Shown: in pieces, positions 53,511 through 64,000 of the stretch
How positions within the stretch are numbered: the stretch's first letter is position 1
How the letters are laid out: every line of letters starts with the position of its first letter
Assembly (NCBI RefSeq): GCF_009914755.1
Contig: NC_060927.1
Direction: 5' to 3' (one strand)
Length of the DNA: 64,000 nt
DNA from: the human T2T-CHM13v2.0 reference genome, Homo sapiens
Made by a program: the position numbers and the translations under genes
Notes under the pieces: model-generated
What the model saw: the letters and a program-made list of their open reading frames with translations, nothing else
Databases searched by the model: none
Told to the model about the DNA's origin: nothing

Positions 53511-54051
53511 ATAGAGAACTGCCAACAAAGCCTCTATGTCTTTATGTCTTGCATGTTCCTATACTGTAATATTTCTTTTCAGTATCATGGCACTCATGTC
53601 CTAGTTGTTGATAACTGCCACAACTTCAATAGTAGCCATCCTCAGGTGCCCCACAAGACCTGGTCCTACTCAGACTTCCTACCATCAGACTTGCATGAGT
53701 AGCTTGCTGGCTCAGGAACATATTTTGCCCTGTAGGGCTTCAGATAGTGATTCCAACGTGAACATCTCTCTTATTCTTCCTCTCTTGGGGATATGTAGCT
53801 CATTGTACACATATCACCTGCTCCATGAGATCATAACTGATGTCTTCTCCTTCCACTAACACCATGAGAAAATAAATCACTCCTTTTTTGTGTATATTAT
53901 AAACAGCTCTATTGTAGTAATGGTCACATTGTATTAATTATAGGTGTTTATTTATTTGAAATTTCTGCTATAGCATTGGCTCTTTTTGTGTCATAGACTA
54001 ACTACTTAAATGTTAAATGAATTAATTAATAAGCAGATGAGTAAATGAATA

Positions 54052-54736
54052 TGTGTTAGTCCATTCTCCTGCTGCTATAAGGACATGCGAGAGACTGGGT
54101 AATTTATAAGGGGAAGAGGTTTAATTGACCCAGAGTGGCGCAGAGCTGGGGAGTCCTCAGGAAACTTACAGTTGTGGCAGAACAGGAAGCAAACACATCC
54201 TTTTTCTTTTTTTTCTTATTTTATTTTATTATTATTATACTTTAAGTTTTAGAGTACATGTGCACAACGTGCAGGTTTGTTACATATGTAGACATGTGCC
54301 ATGCTGGTGTGCTGCACCCATTAACTTGTCATTTAGCATTCGGTATGTCTCCTAAAGCTATCCCTCCCACCTCCCCCCACCCCACAACAGTCCCCAGTGT
54401 GATGTTCCTCTTCCTGTGTCCATGTGTTCTCATTGTTCAATTCCCACCTATGAGTGAGAATATGCGGTGTTTGGTTTTTTTTTCTTGCGATAGTTTACTG
54501 AGAATGATGATGAGGCCAGCAAGGAGAAGTGTGCGAGCCGAGTGAAAGGGGAAGCCCCTTATAAAACCATCAGATCTCATGAGAACTCACTCACTATCAT
54601 GAGCTCACTCACTGTATGGGGGAAACTGCCCCCATGATTCAATTACCTCCCACCAGCTCTCTCCTACGATATACAGGGATTATGGGAACTAAAATTCAAG
54701 ATGAGATTTGGGTGGAGACACAGCCAAATCATATCA
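54052..54736 (-). mobile_element. THE1C-like MaLR solo LTR, split by L1
   Basis: TG...CA ends; perfect 5-bp TSD GAATA; gagatttgggtggagacacagccaaatcatatca. Confidence 0.9.
54201..54511 (-). mobile_element. Young L1PA (PA2-4-like) 3' end, ~310 bp
   Basis: ttattatactttaagttttag...gtacatgtgcacaacgtgcagg...gcgatagtttactgagaatgatga. Confidence 0.95.
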
Positions 54737-54964
54737 GAATAAAAATTGGAGGTCCCTTCTGTGTCTCAGTTTTGTTCATTCCCACATGAATGAGACATGT
54801 CAGTTGGCTTTGTCATGATTAGTCTGTCAGCAATGACACCATGATTAGATCTGCAAGTCTCCTAAAAAGAATATTACCACCTGCTGGTTCAGTTGTACCA
54901 ACTGTTTGGAAATGTTTTAAAAAAATAACTGGTATTTATAATGTGTTTTATAATTTCCAAAGTC

Positions 54965-55335
54965 TTCCTTTATAAACTACCTCAGTCACTTTTGCAACAA
55001 CTCCATAAAGTAGGCACTGTTATTGGGAGACACTCAGAGAAGTTAAAGAACTTATTCAAGGACACACAGGAAGACAGGGACAAAACTATGAAATCATCAA
55101 GGATTTCATACTTTATCTTGGTATTTGTACTTTGGATTCAGAATGCCTGGATTTAAATCCCAGGTCTCCCACTTAGTAACCCTAAAACCCCTTTCATCAC
55201 CCCTAAAGTCAGGATGATAGAACTACCTACCTCAAAGGTCCTTGTGAAGAGTAATGGACTTAACATGTCCACAGCTCTTAACAGGGTGCCTCTCATATAC
55301 TTAGTACTCTACAAATGTTATTTGTTACTATGGTG
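54965..55335. mobile_element. Two adjacent MIR fragments in opposite orientation (- then +)
   Basis: actcagagaagttaaagaacttattcaaggacacacag, then tgcctggatttaaatcccaggtctcccacttag...ctacctacctcaaagg. Confidence 0.65.
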
Positions 55336-55605
55336 ATGATGTTATCGGTCCTCTCTATAAAAGAGGTACTGGACTGGTAGCCTAGATAGAATATCTCTCT
55401 CAACAATTAATTTAAGAGGCTAAATTCATAAAAGTATGTAAGTCCGGGCAATATCACAGATGATAGTAAGATAGTAAAAGTCAAATAGATGCATAGTTAG
55501 TGATTGGAACCACCAATCACTCCTGCAGTGGTCGTTCCTAGATAACCTGACCCAAGCTAATCATAATCTAGTCTCATGAAACTCTTGTGAGAGACTAAGA
55601 GCCAA

Positions 55606-56012
55606 TGTCAAGGGCTGAATTGTGTTCTCTCAAAATTTATGTTGAAGCCCTAGTCTCTAGTACCTCAGAATATGATTCTATTTAGAGATAGGACCTTTGT
55701 AAAGAGCTGATTAAGTTAAAATGAGGCTGTCAGCCTAGGTTCTAATTCAATCTGACTGATGTCCTTATAAGCAGAGGAATTTGGACATACAAAGAAAGAA
55801 CAGGGATGCACATGCACAAAGGAAGGGCCACGTGGCAATACAGTAAGAAGAGAGCCATCTGCAAGCCAGGAAGAAATGCCCCAGAAGAGACCAAACCTGT
55901 GAACATGTTGATCTTGGACGACTAGTCTCCAAAACTGTAAGAAAATACATTTCTGTTGTTTAAGCCACCCACTGTGTGGTATTTCTTAATACAGCCATGG
56001 CAAATAAATACA
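55606..56012 (+). mobile_element. MLT1B solo LTR
   Basis: gggctgaattgtg...gccatctgcaagccagg...ttctgttgtttaagccaccc...gcaaataaataca. Confidence 0.88.
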
Positions 56013-56328
56013 GAGACTCTCACTCATTGTTATCCCACAGTTTAGTCAGGTGGTAACTAATGTGTGGAAAGATTTAGTGACTTGCACCAGATCACACAGA
56101 TTCTGACAGAGCCATAAACATGCCAATTCTACCTCAGGGATAGAGTTTGCGCTTCTGCATTAAATGCATTCAAATGCAGTAGGAAATTCCAAGTGTGAGG
56201 AACTACTATGCAAAGAGCTAGTCCTTGTTACTTACAATCATACTTTAACCTAGGGTATGTTCAATTTTGTCTAGATTATGCTTCAATCAATAGTCCTGTC
56301 TACTAATTGGCTTAAGAAACAGGTTCCT

Positions 56329-56632
56329 AGGCTGGGCATGGTGCCTAATGCCTGTAATTCCAGCAATTTGGGAGGCTGAGGTAGAGGATCGCTTTGAGCC
56401 AGTGAGTTAGAGACCAGCCTGAGCAACATAGTGTGACCCCCATCTCTATGAAAAAAATTGAAAATTAACTTGGCATAGCGGTGAGTAGCTGTAGTCCTAA
56501 TTACTCAGGAGGCTGAGATTGGAGGATTAATTGAGCCCTGGAGGTCAAGGTTTCCTGTGATCCCACTACTATACTCCAGCTTGGGGGCAACACAGTGAGA
56601 CAGTTTCAAAAACAAAAGAAAGAATGAAAAAA
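56329..56632 (+). mobile_element. AluJ
   Basis: Diverged dimer; TSD aagaaacaggttcct / aagaaacatgtttct. Confidence 0.9.
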
Positions 56633-57624
56633 GAAACATGTTTCTTGAACTTCTGGAGCATTTTCATAAGCAATTAAGTCCTATGTTAAATGTGAATGAT
56701 CCTGGATCAAGTCTGCAGAGGCTGTATCATGGTCAATGATATCACCAATTTAATAAAAGAATAACTGAACTTTTAAATAATTATAATATTAATACATTGA
56801 ATTTATAAGGCATTGTTAACTGCTCCAAAGCTTTTTATTTCTCCTATTTAAGATTTTATGAGGAAAAGCCAATTCTTAAAAACTATATCCAACTTTATTG
56901 GTACTTTATAGAAAGAAAGAAATGAAAACTTCAGGTGATAACAGATCTGCTTTTCCACGATTATTTTTATCATATGAAAGACACAAGATGGAAGATAAAG
57001 CAAGAATTTATGGTGGTGGCAATGTGGTGAAAAATGTTCTTGAGTAGGAGCCGAACTACTATACAATTTTCTTGAGAAGACCAGCAGTCTTCCAAATGAG
57101 ATATTATCTGCTGTCACTTCTCTGAAAAATATAGCACCTGCTTCTGCATGTTTCTTCTTCTCTGAACAGTTCTCCTGGGTGAGACGTGAAAGGCGGCCAG
57201 CAGAAGCAAACAATTTGCCTTTGTTTCCTTGGATCAGCAGCCCCTGACCTCACATTCTTTCAAATTCAGAGTTGAGCTGCTATTGTCTAGTTTTCAGAGA
57301 GTTCCTCTATTGTTCAGACTTCCCTGTTTGCATTGCAGAGTGAAAAAAACATATTCAGAAGCAACTTTACAAGAAGCTACTCTAAAATATACATGCAGTT
57401 ATTACTTATTGAACATGCTGTTCTGAGCTCAATGCTGCCCCAGTTTCTGTGTGCTTCTTATTTCAGTTTTTCAGGAAGTAGAAGTGAATAGCAGTGTACA
57501 CAGTCACAATTCACTCACTTACTTATTTAATGAATATTATTAATGGAACATGTTCATTAAACGTGCAGGGTACAATCCTGGAGACGAAAAGAAAATAAAG
57601 ATCCTAAAAGAAAAACGGTCTAGA

Positions 57625-57826
57625 CCTGAACTGCTCAACAGTGTAGCCATGAGCCATATGTGGATTTTAAAGTTTAAATTTAAATTAATAAAAATTAAAT
57701 AAAATGAGACATTGAGTTCCTCAGTCATACTAGCCACTTTTTGCGTGCTCAAAAACCATGTGTCAGTGACTACTCTGCAGAGCAGCATAAAAGAACATTT
57801 TCATTATTACTGAAAATTATTTTCTG
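57625..57826. mobile_element. MER3-like hAT-Charlie MITE
   Basis: gtagccatgagccatatgtgg...ttcctcagtcatactagccac; flanked by ggtctag on both sides. Confidence 0.75.
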
Positions 57827-59285
57827 GTCTAGTGATTAGCATATCCAATAATGTGCATATTCTGATATAGCACAGTTTAATTCTGTTCATGATAGGCAAT
57901 ACTATGGAGCGATCCAACCTATTTTAGCCAAGGTAGGGAAAAAGTAATTGATGAATATATGTAAAAAACAAGCTTTTACATTTATGAAATATGTAAAAGA
58001 CTGTACATAAAAGATCTTTTATTTGTTCTGTCCTTTCTAAAATGGGAAATATGATTTACAGTGGGCAGTCTAAGGGATGCCAATGTCATAGTACAATAGA
58101 CAGCAGCGTGTGGCATCTTGGATCCCAAGGACTTCAGAAAGATGTACATTAGTAGCCAATACAGTTATTAAATTATACAAAGGGTCATCAAGCTTTCTCC
58201 AAGGTCAAGGAGTCCTGTCATAGTAGGCAAATAAATCTATAATAGGTGGTCAGGCAGACATCTGCCTTTCCAAAGGGTGAGAGGATCAAAAATGTAAATA
58301 TGGGAGACAAAGCTAGACATAAGAACCAGATGTGAGCAGTGAATCAACCACAGGGCAATCTACATGGATTCCATTGAACAGACAGCTTGCTTTCTCTTCC
58401 AAACGTATTGATTACGAGGCTTTACAAGTGACCTCAAGGTCACTCTTTTCCAGAAACAAGATGGGTAACTTTGGGTTGTATAGGGTCATGGTTAAGATTA
58501 ATGTGGTAAATGCAGCATGATAATTGAATGCTTCTATAACCCTTGTAATTCAATTAATTTCTTAATAAACAGTTGTAGTTATTTTTCTCTCATACTTTTC
58601 TTAGTGCACATCTATAAATTCATTACTTGTGGATTTAAATGGTAGGTTATGTTGTTAGACAATGAATATTATCACTAATGTTGGAAAATGTATAGGTTTA
58701 TTAGAATTTATAATGTATTAACTATAACATAATGAAAGAGAAAATGATAATATTCACTCTGAAAATATGAGGGTTTTCATCACATTTTTCATTGTTTTTA
58801 TCTTCTTTATGAGTACAAAAGACATTTTAGGGGACATTATGTATGGTTATTTCTGCATTAATCACTACAGTGGTATTATGCCAAATCTCATGAGCTTATC
58901 AAATTTGGATTTGTGATCTCGCTCCTTTACCTGTTTCTGTATTATCCTCTCTTCCGGTTGGAATGCACCAAAAGTGCATGTAGGGGAGATATGGAGAAAA
59001 GTGCAGGAAACAGTTACAAGCAGCGGTGTGTTGTCTTTGAGAAAGAACTCCTGATAAAATCTGAAATATGGGCCACACAAGCACACAGAGTCTGTGGCAA
59101 TTATTAAGAGGCACACTAGAGGCAAATAAAAGAAGGAAAACCAGATATAAATGAGAAGTGGAGTTAATACTGAAAGGAATAAAAAAAGTTTCAAATATTA
59201 GTTCTGTGTGTATAGACACATGTCAGCAGTTAGGATTTTGATATTTTCTAAGCAGATTCTGCCTGAGTGTCTAGTCTCTATAGCA

Positions 59286-59430
59286 CAGTGTCTCTTCACT
59301 GGGGATGAATATCTGAATTACCCATGGAGCTATAATATATGTATAAATCCCTAAGCTCCACCTCCAAGAAATTCTGAGATATGGTAGCTTGTATCCCATT
59401 TAGGCCTGTGGAGGCGTCTCTGTTTAAAAG
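59286..59430. mobile_element. MER5-like hAT-Charlie remnant
   Basis: cagtgtctcttcact...gaattacccatggagct...ctccacctccaagaaattctga. Confidence 0.5.
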
Positions 59431-59879
59431 CAAGTGCTTCTTTGCCTACCTCTTGTAGAACTATCAAAGGATTCAATCTGTGTCATGGTGTTTGATCAAT
59501 TTTCTCTTCTTCAAATCATGTAAGTTCAATTTTTGTGGATTTGTAGAAAGCTAAAGTAATGTTGCAACAACTTGTTCCATTAAAAATAGGCTATAAATTA
59601 GAGCAAGAAAATTCTGTCACACAGAAATAGCTAGTATCAAACAGAGCCTGTGGTTTCTGCTGGTAGAGGCCTCAACAAATAGTCTTGCTCATGACTCCTC
59701 TGCTTCTTGCCATTTCTCTGCAATCATTGAGAGACTGCCATCCTGCCTTCAGAATACAGCCAAGAAAGGCAATTTAGAGGCTGATGTTTTGATGATGAAT
59801 CTTATGATTATTGATCCTAGCAATTTGGTATCTAAATTAGCTCAATGTTATTTGTGGAACTGAAAGGAGTAGTGTTCTG

Positions 59880-60300
59880 TACATGGTCTTAGTTGCAAAC
59901 AACAAAAGAGAATTCTAGCTAATTTTTGGGAAAAAAAAAAAAAGCATACTGGATAAATACACAACTGCCCAAAGAGTCTTGTTAGAAAGCTGGAGGACCC
60001 AGCTCTGAATTAGGCACAAACCAATGAAAGTTGGGCATCAGATAAGCCGGCAAATCAAATCCACTAAGACAGCCTGGCTGGATGGACGTTACAGGCACTG
60101 GTACAGCCTGGAACTCTCCAACAGCTTCTCATTGCTGCTGTGAATGATTTCCCAGTTGTTTCTCTATTTTTTTCCTCTCTCATGAGACATAGTTCCAGGA
60201 GGGAACCTCTGATCACTAAGGCTATATCATATGCCTGTACCTAAGTGTGAGAGCAAGATGAAATGTGTTTGGTTGCTTCAATTTTTACAGGGGAAAATGC
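59880..60300 (-). mobile_element. Old MLT1-type LTR remnant
   Basis: ggtcttagttgcaaacaacaaaa...ctagctaatt...; tctgatcactaaggctatatcatatgcctg. Confidence 0.5.
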
Positions 60301-62000
60301 GGCTCTAATGAACATCTTTCACTTCAAAATCCTTTTAAAATAAAGCTGTTTTATTTTAAAATAAATAAAGGAGAGGTATAGTCTTTAGGGAAAACGTTTA
60401 TGACAGACAATACTCATAATGCCCATTGGCAATTACCATTGACTAAACTGAGCATGTGATACATTTGCCCCTTTGACAGTTAGGAAACAAAGTCTCAAAG
60501 CTGCATGGAATGTGTGGTAATTGCTGAGGCCATTTGTAACATTGATTGTTGTCACTAACATGCATAAGAGTTGACTGTAAAGAAACACCAGCAAACAGAA
60601 AGTTCTCTAGGACTATGAGATAGCCCTATTGTTTATCTTTTGTTTAAATATTGGCCCATATCTCTTCAGGCTGAGAAGCAGACTTTTACCTTGCTTACAT
60701 AGGCAAGGAGAAGGTATTGTCTTAGGAGTAGAGAAGAGTTGACATCAAGCTTTAGTGTTTAAGTGTATTGATATGTGTGAGATAAGTGTGTGTGATAAGC
60801 TATGCAAACTACTTCGTGATACCAGTGTGATCCAAATGTGCACTGTTAGTTGAGATTTTCTAATTTAAAGGTCGGGGATTCAATAATCAATCCCCTTTCT
60901 GAGATTTTAGCCATGAACCTGAAATTTTCAAATAGTAAAGGAAAACTGATATTGGAACAACTTATTTGCCAATTATTGTTTTGAATGCCAGTTAGAAGAA
61001 AGAAAATACCGTGAGGAGTATCTTTATATTTTAGAAATGGACACAATTTGAACTATGGATGGCTCTAAATTGCGATCACTTTACTCAATTCATTCTCTGT
61101 GGATTGTGAAATTTTATTCAGTTTTAATGATTTCAAATATAGCCATAAGAGGACTCAATATTTTCTTTTAATGAACTTCCCTCCAAAACCTGGACATCTA
61201 CTTGTTAGTGTCACTTCTGTTAACTCTAAGTTGTTTTTAAGTAATTTTCTTACCATCTCTGTAAGTTTAACTTGCCATACCAGCCTTGCCCACCTTATAT
61301 GTGCCACTTTTGGAGATGATACAATTGTGTAGCTAATTTTTATGGGCCTGTATCTGTATCTATTTGTCTTTCTAAAATTCTTCAAGAACAACTCTTCTTT
61401 CAGTACAATAAAATAGTCTTTAATTTGTGTTTATGTAGTAGTATTTTTAATAACAATTCAATCTTTACCTATTTTAACACATGGGTTGATGACATTGTAT
61501 CCCAGTCTATGCCCTTTATATTTCTTCCAAAGTTTCTACTCCTAAATACATAATCTTCATAAGACTTATAATGGCTCATATCTGCTCCAATTTATCAGTA
61601 GGTGGACAAACATTTCACAGTGGCTTTTACAGTTTTGTAAAAGGATGAGGTCCAACTATGATTTTAAGTGAATAATTATTTTTCATGACATCATGCATTA
61701 GTTATCTTTGAATGGTCCTTATTGTTCAACAAGGGCTAAATAAAGATTCAAAATATTTTTTTCTTTATTCATGTCAATTTAGAAAATATTTTTTCTTACA
61801 TATTTCTGATATACAAGAATATTACAGAATTAAAACTAAATTTTTGACACATATCAATGCATCATATAAATACATTTCATGGCAAATTTGCTATTTGTGT
61901 TATTTTCTCCAATTTTAAATTTAAAGATTACTACAATTATTTAATTAATATAGAAAACCAGTTACTAGCCTACAATTAGAATTGACAACAAAACAGGTAA

Positions 62001-62640
62001 TGAAGTGGCATCGTTGTCTGTGGTAAATCCTCGAGGTTCATCATCTCATGCCAAGAAGATTAAGGGCATGGACACACACAAGGAGTGAGTTTAGGAGTAG
62101 AGTCTCCATAGGAAAAAGAAAGATAAAGGAAAACGGCTCTCTCTCTTGAGAGAGAGAAGGGCACACAAATGGGAATTCCAGCCCGTGGCGGAGTACACCG
62201 GATTTTATAGACAGGCTTGAGGAGGCAGTGTCTGATTTACATAGGGATCGCAGATTGGTTGAACCAGGTGTGATATTTACATAATGCGTGGGGAAGGCTG
62301 GCCACCCCACCCTAATCTTGTTATGGAAATGGGCTTTCCACTTGGCCAGTGCCATGTTGTCTGCTTTTTGCTGTACGCGTGGCTGGAAAGGAGGAGAGAA
62401 GATGGAGCTGCCGTTTTGAACATGCCTAGTCCCAGATAGCCTTTTCTTAGTGGCACAACTGTCAGCATTCACCCACGCAAACTTCTAGGTTGCTCGTCTA
62501 TGTTTACATCTCGATTTACAGGCTGCTCTTTGTTAGAAAAGAAAATGATTTTGGGCTGCCTTTCATTAAAAGGAAAATCTTCAGAGGACTTCCTTACCCT
62601 CAGTATCTGCCTAAATAATTTCTTCTTAATTCCTGTATCA
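62001..62640 (-). mobile_element. LTR9-family (HUERS-P3, ERV1) solo LTR
   Basis: Minus strand starts TGATACAGGAATTAAGAAGAAATTATTTAGGCAG and ends ...GATGCCACTTCA; near-TSD gtaa/gtag. Confidence 0.85.
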
Positions 62641-62826
62641 GTAGGAACTGCATTCATGAGCTTCATCCTCTTTCCTAAATTTTCAAACAACAATTAAACC
62701 AGATGGCCTCCCATTCCTAAGACCCATAAGGCAGATCCTAAGCAGGAAGAGCACCTATAATTCTTTACGTCTTCTTTACTCTTATAGCATGTCATTCAGT
62801 GTGGCCACACAAATATGTATACATAC

Positions 62827-63845
62827 TGTCTTAGTCCATCTTTTGTTATTTATAACAGAATATATGAAACTGGTTAATTTATTTAAAAGGAAATTAATTG
62901 CTTACAGTGCTGGAGGCTGAGAAGTCCAAGGTCATAGGGCCCCATCTGGCAAGAGCCTTCCTGCTGATGGGGACTCTCCAAGTCCCGAGGTGGTACAGGG
63001 CATCACATGGTGTGGGGGTCAAACACGCTAGTTCAGGTCTCACTTCCTCTTTTTATAAAGCCACCAGTTCCACTGCCATGATAACCCATTCATCTATTAA
63101 CCCATGAATAGATTAACCCATTCATGAGGGCAGAACCTTCATGCACTAATCACCTCTTAAAGGTCCCACCTCTCAATACTGCCACAGTGGGGATTAAGTT
63201 TCGTAGATCAAAAAATCAACTTACAAAAGGCAGATTAATAGGAAAAAGGTCATACAAATTGTTTTAATATGTATACATAGGAGCCTTCAGAATAAAGACC
63301 CAAAGATACAGGGGTAATTATTCATGTTTATGCTTAGGTTCAACAAAGCATTGATAGCTTTGTGGAAATATGATTGAACAAAATGGCTGTGATCTAATGT
63401 TAATAGCCTGACTGGGGAACCCAGTATGGCCTATCTGTATAGATTCTTCTTGGCCTCTCTGAGCATGTATTCCTTCCTTCTGGGTATAGAGCAGGGACCC
63501 CTCTGGAGTGGGGCTCTTATAACCTACAGACAAACCAAGTAGGTCAGATTTTCTTTATGGCCAATTTGTACTTAGAAAGGCAGAGGGAAAATTAGAATGA
63601 TATATTTAGGTTTTATATCTGACTTTTAGAAAAGCGGTTCTAGTTTCTCTTACACACTTTAGGGAAGAGAGATTCTAGTTGCTATGGCTAGACTCAGGGG
63701 AGAATGGGACTGAGACAGGAGAGCAGGAGGGTGGAGAAAAACTTTTGCTTCTGAGGCTGCCACTGAGGCCTTCATTTTAGGATGCTGTTTTATAAGCCCC
63801 AATAGTTTCAACATGGGTTTTGGAAGGGTCATTCAAACCATAGCA
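62827..63845 (-). mobile_element. MSTC/D-like MaLR LTR, split by an ERV1 LTR
   Basis: tgtcttagtcc...ggggattaagttt | gtttcaacatg...ttcaaaccatagca. Confidence 0.85.
63202..63804 (-). mobile_element. ERV1 solo LTR (MER72-like)
   Basis: Minus-strand start TATTGGGGCTTATAAAACAGCATCCTAAAATGAAGGCCTCAG; 4-bp TSD GTTT. Confidence 0.75.
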
Positions 63846-64000
63846 TGCACACATAAATGGGGGCACACAAATACACATAGAAATATGTCCATTTGCAGAA
63901 TAGAGACAGACTTGAACACATAAAACAATATATATTTATTGAGTTAATAAATAGAAACATTATGGAGGTGTCCATTAAGAGGTAAATGATCTGACTTGTA

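Noticed and set aside
60333-60361. 12-bp inverted repeat TTTTAAAATAAA...TTTATTTTAAAA
   Set aside because: A/T-only arms are expected by chance at this base composition.
62041-62697. 143-aa and overlapping ORFs
   Set aside because: Lie essentially within the LTR9 solo LTR; chance frames.

Overview
AT-rich, CpG-depleted primate (almost certainly human) genomic DNA. The only protein-coding content I can support is three internal + strand exons (7768-7860, 11342-11547, 16002-16121). They have canonical AG/GT boundaries and splice in frame into an M28-peptidase-like domain that I recognise as NAALADL2 (PSMA/GCPII-like; probably exons 7-9). The rest is intron, with no further coding exon seen in the last ~48 kb. 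It is filled with Alu, L1, L2, MIR, MaLR/ERVL/ERV1 LTRs and DNA-transposon remnants, many nested or carrying visible target-site duplications (TSDs). Repeat subfamily names come from recall of consensus sequences, not from a search. I found no convincing new biological system. Points worth a second look: a remodelled, His-rich pseudo-active site in the exons; a CCAAT-rich antisense HERV9/LTR12 3' fragment lacking U5; inverted Alus around exons 8-9; candidate cryptic or recursive splice sites; a cluster of three hairpins near 39-40 kb including a miR-548-like MADE1; an AT-rich inverted repeat; an old local duplication inside an L1; and several unusual L1 insertion junctions.
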